Source: an uncultured Gemmatimonadales bacterium (lineage in GTDB: Bacteria; Gemmatimonadota; Gemmatimonadetes; Gemmatimonadales; GWC2-71-9). Taken from it: a DNA stretch of 64,000 bases. Location: assembly GCA_963728915.1 (NCBI GenBank), contig CAVSLV010000001.1, forward strand, positions 1,248,001 through 1,312,000, read 5' to 3'. Shown piece after piece: positions 19,177 to 28,980 of the stretch (its first letter is position 1; the number at the start of each line of letters is the position of its first letter). The notes beneath the pieces are model-generated. The model worked only from the letters and a program-made list of their open reading frames with translations. It ran no database searches and was not told the origin of the DNA. Position numbers and translations under genes: made by a program.

Positions 19177-20178
19177 CCGAGGTCCCTGCGGCCACCCAGC
19201 TCGATCACCATGCCGACGTTTTCCTCTTGCGCCTTGCGGAGCACCAGGTCGGCGGCAGCCAGATCCTCGATCGCGAGCCCCAGGGATTTGAACAGGGTGA
19301 TATCGGCCCGCCCGGTCCGGCCCGGAATCCGGCCGAGCAGGACATCCCCCAGCTCTCCCAGAATGTGGGAATCGGTGATCGTCGCCTTCGCCCCGGGCAA
19401 GGAGGAAATCACCGGCTTCGTTGAGCGCGGATTCCTTCCGGTCGACGAACAGACGGCTACGCCTCACCGCTTCGGCGTCGAGCTCCCGGGCCCGGGGGGA
19501 GCTCGACCCGATAGCGTTCACGTGAGTCCCTTCGCCGATCCAGTCGCCCTGAAGCACCGGGATCGACGAACCCGTGACGGTGCAGACCAGGTCGGCCCCC
19601 CGGACAGCCCCTTCCGCGGATGAGGCAATCTCCACCGCGCAGGCGTGGTGGGCCCGGGCCCACTCGGAGAAGCCACGCGCGTTTTCCGGATGCCGGCTCC
19701 AGACCCGCACCCGACGCAGCGTGCGGACCAGTCCGATCGCCTCCAGATGGGTGCGCGCCTGCACCCCGCTTCCCAGGATCGCCAGGTCACCCGCGTCGTC
19801 CCGGGCCAGCACCCGGGTCGCTACGCCGGAGACCGCCGCGGTGCGGATCGCCGTAATGCTGGCCGCGTCGAGTACCGCCGACGGAGCACCGGTCCGGGTG
19901 TCGAACAGCAGCACCATACCTTGATGCGAGTCGAGACCGGAGCCCTCGTTGCCGGGAAACACCGAAATGATCTTGGCGCCGAGCGTATCCGGCGTTTCCA
20001 GCTCGGCGGGCATAGTGCCGAAGAAGCCCTTGCCCTCGCGGAGCCTGAGGACGGTCCTCAGCGGGAGCTGGGCCTTGCCTTCGCTCAAGGCGGAGAGGGT
20101 CGCCGCCATCACGTCAATGCAGGCCGGCATCGGAAGGAGTCGGGTGACTTCGCGCTGATTCAGGATGCGGATTGCCAT
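19173..20178 (-). pseudogene. Ornithine cyclodeaminase/mu-crystallin family protein, frameshifted near 19382 (may be a sequence error)
   Basis: ITAIRTAAVS, GSGVQA, HVNAIG in the first frame; ELG..L.G..PGR and ITLFKSLGLAIED in another; removing one base gives 334 aa. Confidence 0.85.
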
Positions 20179-20197
20179 GGCGGCCCTAATTTACCCC

Positions 20198-20419
20198 ATG
20201 CCCGCACGCATTCCTGCCGGCCTCCTGATCGTCGGCCTGGGCGTGATCCTGGTGGTGGTAGGCGTCCTGGTCTGGGCCGGTCTCTTCAGCTGGTTCGGCA
20301 AACTGCCCGGCGATATCCGAATCGACCGGCCCGGGTTTCGACTCTACGTCCCGCTGGTTTCCATGGTGCTCATTTCGATCGTGCTGTCACTTCTTCTCGC
20401 CCTGGTGCGGCGGCTCTAG
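20198..20419 (+). CDS. DUF2905-like small membrane protein
   Basis: Two TM helices around GKLPGDIRI. Confidence 0.8.
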   Translation: MPARIPAGLLIVGLGVILVVVGVLVWAGLFSWFGKLPGDIRIDRPGFRLYVPLVSMVLISIVLSLLLALVRRL

Positions 20420-20439
20420 CCGGCCGACACTCGGCGCGG

Positions 20440-20841
20440 CTAGTCCCACACGCCGCGACCGACTCGATACCGCCCCGACCCCAACAGGGCGACCGAGAGG
20501 GCAGTAAGGAGGAGCAGCGCTTCGAGCTCGACTCCCCACCCTCCCCCGGCCTGGTTGACTGTCAGGAGCCGGGGTCGAAGCACCAGCGTCATCGCCATGA
20601 CCATGTCGCACACGACGACCAGGGCGGCGAGACGCGCTTTCCACCCCACGATCAGGAGCACCGGGGCGAGGACTTCCGCCACATAGACGCCATAGGCGAG
20701 CAACCCTGGAAGTCCCAGGGAGGACAGCGGGCCTTTGATCCACTCGACTCCGTGGGTCAGCTTGAATACGCCGTGAAACAGAAGGATCACGGCCAAACCG
20801 ATTCGCAACACCAGTTTGCCGACATCTTCTCGAGCGACCAT
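20440..20841 (-). CDS. DoxX family membrane protein
   Basis: LRIGLA.ILLFHG.FK, GGWGVEL, GSGRY. Confidence 0.88.
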   Translation of the reverse strand: MVAREDVGKLVLRIGLAVILLFHGVFKLTHGVEWIKGPLSSLGLPGLLAYGVYVAEVLAPVLLIVGWKARLAALVVVCDMVMAMTLVLRPRLLTVNQAGGGWGVELEALLLLTALSVALLGSGRYRVGRGVWD

Positions 20842-20968
20842 CAGGCTGGCCTCCAGCTGAAGTCCGATTGGGGTGCTGCTCGACAGCCCGCGCCTTCCCG
20901 GGTTGGGGCTCCGATGAAGGATAGGGGTTTTCTTGTAATATCTGCCAATACTTTATTTTGATCAACTA

Positions 20969-20983
20969 ATAAGCTAGCCTTAT
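20969..20983. promoter_or_regulatory. LysR-type recognition site (T-N11-A) between doxX and lysR
   Basis: Perfect inverted repeat ATAAG-CTAGC-CTTAT in an AT-rich divergent intergenic region, overlapping a candidate -10 (TAGCCT) of lysR. Confidence 0.7.
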
Positions 20984-20988
20984 GACTC

Positions 20989-21873
20989 ATGGAGCTGCGC
21001 CATCTCCGCTATTTCGTCGCGGTCGCCGAGGAGCTGCATTTCGGGCGGGCGGCGGCCCGGCTCCACCTTGCCCAGCCCGCCCTGAGCCAGCAGGTCAAGC
21101 AGCTTGAAAAAGAGTTGAACGTGCTTCTGCTCAACCGCACCAAGCGGAAGGTCTCCTTGACCGAGCCGGGCCGCGCCTTTCTGGGGGACGCCCATCGGAT
21201 CCTCGAGGCGGCGGATCGCGCGATCGAGACCGCCCGACGCGCCGCCTCCGGAGAGGAGGGAACGTTGCGGGTCGGCTATGTCGACCTGGCCACCTGGCTC
21301 GCCTTCCCCAGCATCGTGCGGACGTTCCGGCAGCGCTCGCCGGCAGTGCACGTGAGCCTGGTCGAGCTCCATCACGAGCCCCAGCGCGACGCGCTGCTTC
21401 GGGGAGATCTCGACCTCGGATTCCTGTCCCTCACTGCGCGGGACCACGGCCTGGAAGGGATCCGAGTCGGTCTCGATCCCCTGGTGGTCGCGCTCCCGGC
21501 GGATCATCGCCGGGCCACCGGCCGCACCATTCGCCTCGCCGACCTGGCGGAGGAGGATTGGGTGCTGTTCCCGGTCGACCTCCGAACCGTCTACCTGGAG
21601 TTGGTGCTGGGGAGCTGCTCGCAAGCCGGCTTCGTTCCCCGGGTCGTGCAGGAGGCCGGTCAGCTGCAGGCCCTGGCCGGTCTGGTCGCAGCGGGAGCCG
21701 GGGTCACTCTCCTGCCCCGGTCCATGGCGCTCGCCCCCCGGGCCGGAATCGCCTACCGGCGGCTCTCGGGCCGGGCCCCGGCCCTGCCTCTCCACCTGAG
21801 CTGGCGGGAAGGACAGCTTCCCCCGGCGGGGGTCCGGTTCGTCGAGATTGCCCGGAAGGTCGCGCGCCAGTAA
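20989..21873 (+). CDS. LysR family transcriptional regulator
   Basis: MELRHLRYFVAVAEELHFGRAAARLHLAQPALSQQ helix-turn-helix. Confidence 0.96.
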   Translation: MELRHLRYFVAVAEELHFGRAAARLHLAQPALSQQVKQLEKELNVLLLNRTKRKVSLTEPGRAFLGDAHRILEAADRAIETARRAASGEEGTLRVGYVDLATWLAFPSIVRTFRQRSPAVHVSLVELHHEPQRDALLRGDLDLGFLSLTARDHGLEGIRVGLDPLVVALPADHRRATGRTIRLADLAEEDWVLFPVDLRTVYLELVLGSCSQAGFVPRVVQEAGQLQALAGLVAAGAGVTLLPRSMALAPRAGIAYRRLSGRAPALPLHLSWREGQLPPAGVRFVEIARKVARQ

Positions 21874-21934
21874 GCGAGGCTCCGGTCGGATCACCGTCGA
21901 CGCGCCCGGGTGTGCCGTGGCATATTTCGCTCGC

Positions 21935-22007
21935 GGGGCGGTAGCTCAGATGGGAGAGCGCCTGGTTTGCAACCAGGAGGTCACGGGTTCGATCCCCGTC
22001 CGCTCCA
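21935..22007 (+). tRNA. tRNA-Ala(UGC)
   Basis: Cloverleaf: acceptor GGGGCGG/CCGCTCC with G3:U70, anticodon arm CCTGG-TTTGCAA-CCAGG, GGTTCGA T-loop; CCA not encoded. Confidence 0.96.
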
Positions 22008-22019
22008 TCCTTGGCAAAC

Positions 22020-22048
22020 TTGACAGGATTCCGGCGCTTCGAGAGATT
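22020..22048 (+). promoter_or_regulatory. Sigma70-type promoter of the trp leader
   Basis: Perfect -35 TTGACA (22020-22025), 17-bp spacer, GAGATT as candidate -10. Confidence 0.6.
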
Positions 22049-22058
22049 CTCTCCCCAC

Positions 22059-22130
22059 ATGCATTCCCACTCCTGGCGGCAGAGCTGGTGGTCCTGGCGC
22101 GGTTTCCGCGGCGGGCCGGAGTGCGTGTAG
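22059..22130 (+). CDS. trpL: trp operon leader peptide MHSHSWRQSWWSWRGFRGGPECV
   Basis: 23 codons including four TGG (tandem WW), directly upstream of a terminator and the aroF-trp operon. Confidence 0.9.
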   Translation: MHSHSWRQSWWSWRGFRGGPECV

Positions 22131-22161
22131 TCCAGTAGCAAGCGACATCGCGCAATATCCG

Positions 22162-22190
22162 AAGCCCACCGCAACTCGGTGGGTTTTTTT
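22162..22190 (+). terminator. Attenuator terminator of the aroF-trp operon
   Basis: AAGCCCACCG-CAACT-CGGTGGG followed by T7; GCGGCGGGC-CGGA (22108-22120) can pair with 22158-22172 as antiterminator. Confidence 0.9.
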
Positions 22191-22211
22191 GTTCCTGCAC
22201 CCGGAAGGCAC

Positions 22212-23225
22212 ATGATCATCGTTCTCAAGCCGCACGCCACCAAAGCGCATGCCGAAGAGCTGATGCAGCGCATCGCCTCGCTCGGCCTCCGCCCGCTGTA
22301 CATGCCCGGGCAGGAGCGGGTGGTGCTGGGCGCGCTGGGCGACGAGCGCGCGCTCGAGAGCCTGCACCTCGACAGCGATCCCCTGGTCGAGAGTGTCAAG
22401 CCGATTCTGGCTCCCTACAAGCTGGTGGGACGGGAGATTCATCCGCACGACTCGATCGTGGAGCTGGGCACCGCCCGGATCGGCGGCGGACGCTTCACCG
22501 TCATCGCGGGGCCCTGTGCGGTGGAAAGCCTCGATCAGATGGCCCGCACCGCCCATGCGGTCAAGGCCGGCGGCGCCCACGCGCTCCGGGGCGGCGCCTA
22601 CAAGCCGCGCACCAGTCCGTATTCGTTCCAGGGCCTGGGCAAGGATGGTCTCACCATCCTTCGAGACGTCTCGAGAGAAACCGGCCTGCCGGTCGTCACC
22701 GAGGTGATGGACCCCTCCGACGTGGACCTGGTCCACGACTACGCCGCCGGATTCCAGGCCGGGGCGCGCAACATGCAGAATTTCCGACTGCTGCAGGCCC
22801 TGGGACGGAGCCGCAAGCCGGTGATCCTGAAACGGGGACCCGCGGCGCGAGTGGATGATCTGCTCCTCGCCGCCGAATACATCCTGGCGGAAGGCAACCC
22901 GGACGTCATCCTCTGTGAGCGCGGCATCACCACCTTCGAAACCTCCACCCGTAACACGCTCGACCTGAACGCCATTCCGCTCATCAAGCAGCGCAGCCAT
23001 CTCCCCATCCTGGTGGATCCCTCCCACGGCACCGGGCTCCGCGAGCTGGTGCCGCCCATGGCCAAGGCGGCGCTGGCCTGCGGGGCGGATGGTCTGCTGG
23101 TCGAGGTGCACTGCGATCCCACCCAGGCCCTCTCCGACGGCCGCCAGTCGCTGTTCCCCGAGCAGTTCGCCGCGATGATGCGTGAGCTGCGCGCCATTGC
23201 GACCGCGATCGGGAAGGTGATGTGA
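22212..23225 (+). CDS. aroF: DAHP synthase, type I-beta with N-terminal regulatory domain
   Basis: [37 protein letters not shown]. Confidence 0.95.
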   Translation: MIIVLKPHATKAHAEELMQRIASLGLRPLYMPGQERVVLGALGDERALESLHLDSDPLVESVKPILAPYKLVGREIHPHDSIVELGTARIGGGRFTVIAGPCAVESLDQMARTAHAVKAGGAHALRGGAYKPRTSPYSFQGLGKDGLTILRDVSRETGLPVVTEVMDPSDVDLVHDYAAGFQAGARNMQNFRLLQALGRSRKPVILKRGPAARVDDLLLAAEYILAEGNPDVILCERGITTFETSTRNTLDLNAIPLIKQRSHLPILVDPSHGTGLRELVPPMAKAALACGADGLLVEVHCDPTQALSDGRQSLFPEQFAAMMRELRAIATAIGKVM

Positions 23226-24814
23226 TGGCCGGTACCGCAGTGCGGGAAGGCGCGGTGCTGCCCCTGGTGCGGGAGGTGATCGGGAGTCCCGATCCGCTGG
23301 CCTTGTACGCGGCGCTGTCGGACGGCGGGAAACGGCCGGGCACCTTTCTGCTCGAGTCGGCCGAGACCGGCGCGGGATCCGGGGAGCGGAGCCTGATCGG
23401 AATCCGCCCCGCGCTCCGGATGGTGTGCCGGGGGCGCACCGTGGAAATCGCGGGGTGTTCCTCGAACGGCCGGTCGCTCCTGCCCTGGATCGCCACCCGC
23501 CTGAAGGGCTCGATCGCCGGAGGCGTGGTCCGGGTCACCTTCCCGGATCCTCCTCCCGGCCCGCGCGACGAGACCGCGCGGGTTCAGCTGCCCTCTCCAT
23601 TGGACGCGCTCCGGACGGTCCTGTTCGGCCCGGAGGTCATGGCCCATCCGACCGACGCGTGTTATTTCGCGACCGGCCTCTTGTCTTACGATCTCCTCGA
23701 GCTGTTCGAGTCGCTGCCCGAAGGGGCGCCAGAGGACTCGGCGACCCCTCACTACGAGTTCTTCGTGCCGGACCGGCTGATCGTCATCGACCATGTTCGG
23801 AACCGGACCCTCCTCGTGGCCAATGCGTTCGGCGGACTCGATGGAGAGGCCAATTACCACGACGCGGTCGCCGGGATCGGGATGCTGTTGCAGGCGGTCG
23901 AGGCCGCCCTCGCTCCGGGACGCGGGAGCCCGGCGCCGGCCGAGTCACCGCTGGCAGGCCCGGAAGGCTCAGTGGATCTGGACGATGACGCGTACATGGA
24001 GCTGGTGACCAGGCTGAAGCAGCACATTACCGCGGGCGATGTCTTCCAGATCGTGGCCTCCCGGACCTTTTCGGCGCCGTGCGACGATCCCCTCGCGGCG
24101 TACGCCCGTCTTCGGGCCGCGAACCCCAGTCCGTACCTCTTCTATTTCCGGGGCGAATCGGCCACGATCTTCGGAGCGTCTCCCGAAACCGCGGTCAAGG
24201 TGCACGGCGCCCCCAGGCGGGTGACCATCCGACCCATCGCCGGGACGGCGCCGCGGGGCCGGTCCGCCGACGGGGCCATCGACCTGGACCTCGATGCCCG
24301 GCGGGAAGCGGCGCTGCGGCTCGACGAGAAGGAGACCGCCGAACACATGATGCTGGTGGATCTGGCCAGGAATGACGTGGCTCGGGTGAGCCGACCCGGC
24401 ACTCGGCAGGTCACCCGGTTGCTCGCGGTGGACCGGTATGCCCACGTGATGCACCTGGTCTCCGAGGTCGAAGGCGAGCTCGCCGCGGGTTATGACGCCC
24501 TCCATGCCTACGCGGCGGCGATGAACATGGGCACCCTGGTCGGGGCGCCCAAGATCCGCGCGGCGGAGCTGCTCCGAGGGTACGAACCAAGCCGGCGGGG
24601 TCCCTATGGCGGCGCGATCGGATACCTCGCGCACGATGGCACGATGGACACCGCCATCGTGATCCGGGCCGCCGTGGTGCAAAACGGGATGGCGCGGGTC
24701 CGCGCCGGCGCGGGGATCGTCTACGACTCGCATCCCGCCTCCGAAGCCCTGGAAACCCGCCGCAAGGCCGAAGCCGTGCTGCGCGCGATTGGCGGCGGGC
24801 CCAAACGTGGCTGA
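23225..24814 (+). CDS. trpE: Anthranilate synthase component I
   Basis: LLESAE, GDVFQ, NPSPY, PIAGT, EHMMLVDLARND, MNMGTLVGAPK. Confidence 0.95.
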   Translation: MAGTAVREGAVLPLVREVIGSPDPLALYAALSDGGKRPGTFLLESAETGAGSGERSLIGIRPALRMVCRGRTVEIAGCSSNGRSLLPWIATRLKGSIAGGVVRVTFPDPPPGPRDETARVQLPSPLDALRTVLFGPEVMAHPTDACYFATGLLSYDLLELFESLPEGAPEDSATPHYEFFVPDRLIVIDHVRNRTLLVANAFGGLDGEANYHDAVAGIGMLLQAVEAALAPGRGSPAPAESPLAGPEGSVDLDDDAYMELVTRLKQHITAGDVFQIVASRTFSAPCDDPLAAYARLRAANPSPYLFYFRGESATIFGASPETAVKVHGAPRRVTIRPIAGTAPRGRSADGAIDLDLDARREAALRLDEKETAEHMMLVDLARNDVARVSRPGTRQVTRLLAVDRYAHVMHLVSEVEGELAAGYDALHAYAAAMNMGTLVGAPKIRAAELLRGYEPSRRGPYGGAIGYLAHDGTMDTAIVIRAAVVQNGMARVRAGAGIVYDSHPASEALETRRKAEAVLRAIGGGPKRG

Positions 24815-25454
24815 GGCACTCCGGGTGGTTTTCGTCGACAATTTCGATTCCTTCACCTGGAACCTGGTGGATGAGTTCGCCCGGCGAGGATTTCCCGTCG
24901 AGGTCTGGCGCAACACGACCCCCGCCGAGCTGGTACTGGAGCGGGCCCGCGACGGAGGCGCCGCATTGCTCGTGCTTTCCCCCGGCCCGGGGGCGCCGGC
25001 CGAGGCGGGGTGCTCGGTTCCGCTGGTACGCCTCGCGGCCACCCACCGGGTTCCGCTGTTCGGCGTGTGTCTGGGCCACCAGGCGATGGTCGAGGCATTC
25101 GGCGGTTCGGTGGGCCCGGCCGGCGAAGTGGTGCACGGCAAGACCTCCCGGGTCCGGCACGAGGGTGGCGCCTTTTTCGCCGGGGTCCCCTCGCCCTTTC
25201 CGGTAGGGCGCTATCACTCGCTCGCCGCGCTGCGCCTTCCCGAGTGCCTCCGGCCGATCGCCTCGACCGGACCGAACCACGCAGGTGCTGACCCGATCCC
25301 GGGAGGAGCATCCCGACCTGAGGTGGTGATGGCGGTCACCCATTGCGACGCCCCGCAGTTCGGGGTCCAGTTTCATCCCGAATCGATCCTTACGCCCGAT
25401 GGGGGCCGCATCATCGACAACGTGCTCGCCTGGGCGACCGATGCAAGCCGCTGA
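24807..25454 (+). CDS. trpG: Anthranilate synthase component II
   Basis: DNFDSFTWNL, LSPGPG, GVCLGHQ, GRYHSL, QFHPES. Confidence 0.95.
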   Translation: MAEALRVVFVDNFDSFTWNLVDEFARRGFPVEVWRNTTPAELVLERARDGGAALLVLSPGPGAPAEAGCSVPLVRLAATHRVPLFGVCLGHQAMVEAFGGSVGPAGEVVHGKTSRVRHEGGAFFAGVPSPFPVGRYHSLAALRLPECLRPIASTGPNHAGADPIPGGASRPEVVMAVTHCDAPQFGVQFHPESILTPDGGRIIDNVLAWATDASR

Positions 25455-26451
25455 AGCCCTCGATCTCCTGGCCCGGCGCGCGCTCTCCCGCGAGGAGAGC
25501 ACGGTGGTGTTCCGGCGGCTCCTGGCGGGTGAGTATTCGGAGCTCGAGATGGCCGCCCTGCTCATCGGGCTCAAGACCCGGGGGGAGACACCGGAGCTCA
25601 TGGCGGGCGCGGTGGAGGCCCTGCTCGAGGCGGCGGTTCCGTTTCCCCGGCCGGAGTACGAGTACGCCGATTGTTGTGGCACCGGCGGCGATCGCACCGG
25701 CACGGTCAACATTTCCACCGCCGCCGCCTTCGTCGCGGCCGAATGGGGAATCCCCATCGCCAAGACTGGGAACCGCTCGGTCTCGTCCCGCTGTGGGTCC
25801 GCCGATGTGCTGGAGCGGATCGGGGTTCGCCTCGACCCGGATCCCGCGGTGGCGCGCCGCTGCCTCGATGAAGCCGGGATCTGTTTCGTGTTCGCCCCCC
25901 AGTACCACGCGGGGGTGCGGCACGTCGCGCCGGTCCGCAAGGCCCTTGGGGTGCGAACCGTGTTCAACCTGGTGGGGCCGATCGCCAATGCGGCCCGGCC
26001 GACTTCGCAGATGATGGGGATCTACGATCCCGCCCTCTGCGAGCCGGCCGCCCGGACCCTTCAGCTCCTGGGCCGGCGGGTCGCGCTGGTGATTCACGGC
26101 TCCGGGATGGACGAAGTCGCCCTCCACGGCATAACCCGCGGCGTCCTGGCGCGCGACGGGCGGCTCGAGGAGGTGACCCTTTCCCCGGGCCAGGCCGGAC
26201 TGCGCGAGCGGCCCGTCGAAAGTCTCGCCGGCGCCGGTCCGGAGGAGAACGCGGAGTGGCTGCTCGGGATTCTCGAGGGCGGGGGCCAGCCCGCGCATGC
26301 GGACGCGGTGGCGCTCAACGCCGGAACGCTGGGCTGGACCCTGGGCCGCGCGGCGACCCTTCGGGAGGCGGTGACCGAGGCACGCGAAGTCCTGGCCGGT
26401 GGTGGAGCGGCCCGTCGGCTTCACCGGCTGCGGGAGCTGTCGCATGCTTGA
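25441..26451 (+). CDS. trpD: Anthranilate phosphoribosyltransferase
   Basis: DCCGTGGD, NISTA, GNRSVSS, RTVFNLVGP. Confidence 0.95.
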   Translation: MQAAEALDLLARRALSREESTVVFRRLLAGEYSELEMAALLIGLKTRGETPELMAGAVEALLEAAVPFPRPEYEYADCCGTGGDRTGTVNISTAAAFVAAEWGIPIAKTGNRSVSSRCGSADVLERIGVRLDPDPAVARRCLDEAGICFVFAPQYHAGVRHVAPVRKALGVRTVFNLVGPIANAARPTSQMMGIYDPALCEPAARTLQLLGRRVALVIHGSGMDEVALHGITRGVLARDGRLEEVTLSPGQAGLRERPVESLAGAGPEENAEWLLGILEGGGQPAHADAVALNAGTLGWTLGRAATLREAVTEAREVLAGGGAARRLHRLRELSHA

Positions 26452-27811
26452 GGCGATCCTCGCCGCGAAGCGCGCCGAGGTCGAAGCGCGAAAACAGGCG
26501 ACCTCGCTGGAGTCGCTCCTCGGCCGCTGCCTGCCCAGTCAGCGGAGCCTTGCCGCCGCGCTCCGCCGCGGACAGCCGGGGTTCCTGCTCGAGGTGAAAT
26601 GCGTCTCGCCCTCGGCCGGCATCCTTCGGTCACCCGATGACCTCGACCCGGTGCTCGGCAGTTATGCACGCCATGCGGACGCCGTGTCGGTCCTCACCGA
26701 TCGGACCTTCTTCCATGGCTCACTCGATCGCCTCGCAGCGATCCGGGCCCGCCTCGATCAGCCGCTGCTCTGCAAGGATTTTTTCCTCGAGCCCTACCAG
26801 GTGGCGGAGGCGCGGGCGCACGGCGCCGATGCGATCCTCCTGATTCTCGCCGCGGTCGAGGATCCCGTCTGGCATGCCTGCGCCGAGCTTGCCCGGCGAC
26901 TCGGCATGGCGGTTCTCACCGAGGTCCATAGCCAGGAAGAAGCCGACCGCGCGGTTGCCCTCGATGCCGGAATCATCGGAGTCAACAATCGGGATCTCCG
27001 CACTCTCGAGGTCGATCCCATGACGGTGGCCCGGATCGCCCCGTCGATTCCGGATGACCGGCTCATCGTGGCCGAATCGGGCGTGGAGAATCGGCGGCAG
27101 GTCGAGGAGCTCAGCCGGCATGCCGATGCCTTCCTGGTCGGCAGCACGATCATGCGGGCAGTCGATCCGGATGCGGCGGTGCGAGACCTGGTCTATGGCC
27201 GCACCAAGATTTGCGGACTCACCCGGCCCGAACACGCCGAGCAGGCCTGGAAGAGCGGGGCGACCCACGGCGGCCTGGTCTTCGCAGCGGGATCTCCCCG
27301 GAAGGTCACCCTCAATCAGGCGGAACACATCAGGGAGGCCGCGCCACTCGACTGGGTCGGGGTTTTCGCCGACCAGGAGCCGGGAGAAATCGCCATCCTC
27401 GCCGACCATCTGGACCTCGCGGCGGTGCAGCTCCATGGGTCGGAGACGTTTGAAACGGTCCGGCAGGTCAAGTCTCTGGTGGACCCCGGGTGCGAGGTCT
27501 GGAAGGCGATCCGGGTGATGGACCACCTCCCCGCCCGGGACGGCACCGGGGCGGATCGCCTGCTTCTCGATGGAGGACGCGGGGGCTCGGGCACCTCCTT
27601 CGACTGGGACCTGCTCGACCAGTATCCCGAGCGGGACGAGGTCGTGCTCGCCGGGGGCATCTCCGACGAAAATGCAGCGATTGCCGCCGCGTTTCGGCCC
27701 TACGCGCTCGACGTCAGCTCCGGGGTGGAATCGATCCCCGGAGAAAAGGACGCCGGCAGGATGGCCGCGTTCTTCGCGGAGCGGCGCCGGCTGCCTGGAA
27801 GGATGCCCTGA
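26444..27811 (+). CDS. trpCF: Bifunctional indole-3-glycerol phosphate synthase / PRA isomerase
   Basis: TrpC motifs (LCKDF, GVNNRDL, AESG) fused to TrpF motifs (KICGLTR, VQLHG, LAGG, DVSSGVE). Confidence 0.93.
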   Translation: MLEAILAAKRAEVEARKQATSLESLLGRCLPSQRSLAAALRRGQPGFLLEVKCVSPSAGILRSPDDLDPVLGSYARHADAVSVLTDRTFFHGSLDRLAAIRARLDQPLLCKDFFLEPYQVAEARAHGADAILLILAAVEDPVWHACAELARRLGMAVLTEVHSQEEADRAVALDAGIIGVNNRDLRTLEVDPMTVARIAPSIPDDRLIVAESGVENRRQVEELSRHADAFLVGSTIMRAVDPDAAVRDLVYGRTKICGLTRPEHAEQAWKSGATHGGLVFAAGSPRKVTLNQAEHIREAAPLDWVGVFADQEPGEIAILADHLDLAAVQLHGSETFETVRQVKSLVDPGCEVWKAIRVMDHLPARDGTGADRLLLDGGRGGSGTSFDWDLLDQYPERDEVVLAGGISDENAAIAAAFRPYALDVSSGVESIPGEKDAGRMAAFFAERRRLPGRMP

Positions 27812-28977
27812 TGCGATTGCCCGGACGGTTCGGCCGTTTCGGGGGCAGTTTCGTCCCCGAAATCCTCATGCCGGCGCTGGAGGAGCTCGAGAGCGCATTT
27901 CTCGAATCCCGGGAGGATCCTGCCTTCGCGCGGGAGCTGGACGAGCTGCTCACCAGCTATGCCGGGCGACCCACTCCGCTCTACCGCTGCCGCAACCTGC
28001 TTCCCGCCGGAGCGCCCCGGCTCTACCTCAAGCGCGAAGACCTCCTGCATGGCGGCGCCCACAAGACCAACCAGGCGCTCGGCCAGGGGCTCCTCGCCCG
28101 CCGGATGGGGAAGACCCGCCTGATCGCGGAAACCGGCGCGGGACAGCACGGGGTGGCCACCGCGCTGACCGGCGCCGTGTTAGGCCTCTCCACCCGGATC
28201 TATATGGGTGCGGTCGACATGGAGCGGCAGAAGCCCAACCTGTTCCGGATGCGGCTCATGGGCGCCGAAGTCGTCCCGGTCACCACCGGCAGTCAGACCC
28301 TGAAGGACGCCATCAACGAGGCGCTCCGCGACTGGTCGGCGAGCTACGAGACCACCCACTATCTGCTCGGCACCGTGGCGGGCCCTCATCCCTTCCCGAC
28401 CATGGTGCGGGAGTTCCAGCGGGTGATCGGCGACGAAGCCAAACGCCAGATCCTCGAGCTGGAGGGCGCCCTGCCCGACCTGGTGGTCGCCTCGGTCGGT
28501 GGGGGCTCGAACGCCATGGGAATCTTCACCGCTTTCCTCGACGACCCCATGGTGCGCCTGCTCGGGGTCGAGGCCGCGGGCGAAGGGCTGGAGAGCGGAC
28601 GCCATTGTGCCACCCTGACCCGGGGCCGCCCCGGAGTATTGCATGGCGCCTTCTCCTACACGCTCCAGGATGAGGAAGGGCAGATCGGGGAGAGCCACTC
28701 CATTTCTGCCGGCCTCGACTATCCCGGCGTCGGTCCCGAGCACGCCTGGCTCCAGGAAACCGGCCGGGCGTCATACACCACCTGCACCGACCATGAAGCC
28801 CTGGATGCATTTCAGGCCCTGGCGCGCTCCGAAGGCATTCTCCCGGCCCTCGAATCGGCTCACGCGATCGCGGCGGCGATCGGCGAGGCCCGGCGCGGTT
28901 CGGCTGGGGTCATCCTGGTCAATCTCTCCGGCCGTGGCGACAAGGACCTCGAGACCGTCCTGCGCCATGTGGGTTAG
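27811..28977 (+). CDS. trpB: Tryptophan synthase beta chain
   Basis: [46 protein letters not shown]. Confidence 0.97.
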   Translation: MRLPGRFGRFGGSFVPEILMPALEELESAFLESREDPAFARELDELLTSYAGRPTPLYRCRNLLPAGAPRLYLKREDLLHGGAHKTNQALGQGLLARRMGKTRLIAETGAGQHGVATALTGAVLGLSTRIYMGAVDMERQKPNLFRMRLMGAEVVPVTTGSQTLKDAINEALRDWSASYETTHYLLGTVAGPHPFPTMVREFQRVIGDEAKRQILELEGALPDLVVASVGGGSNAMGIFTAFLDDPMVRLLGVEAAGEGLESGRHCATLTRGRPGVLHGAFSYTLQDEEGQIGESHSISAGLDYPGVGPEHAWLQETGRASYTTCTDHEALDAFQALARSEGILPALESAHAIAAAIGEARRGSAGVILVNLSGRGDKDLETVLRHVG

Positions 28978-28980
28978 ATC

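Noticed and set aside
18076..20178. Natural cyclodeaminase-lyase fusion protein
   Set aside because: The intact cyclodeaminase C-terminus is present in another frame and ends in a GTGA overlap; the fusion arises from a single extra base
22008..22211. T-box riboswitch or TRAP site in the trp leader
   Set aside because: No T-box consensus or (G/U)AG repeat array; the Trp-rich leader ORF explains the structure
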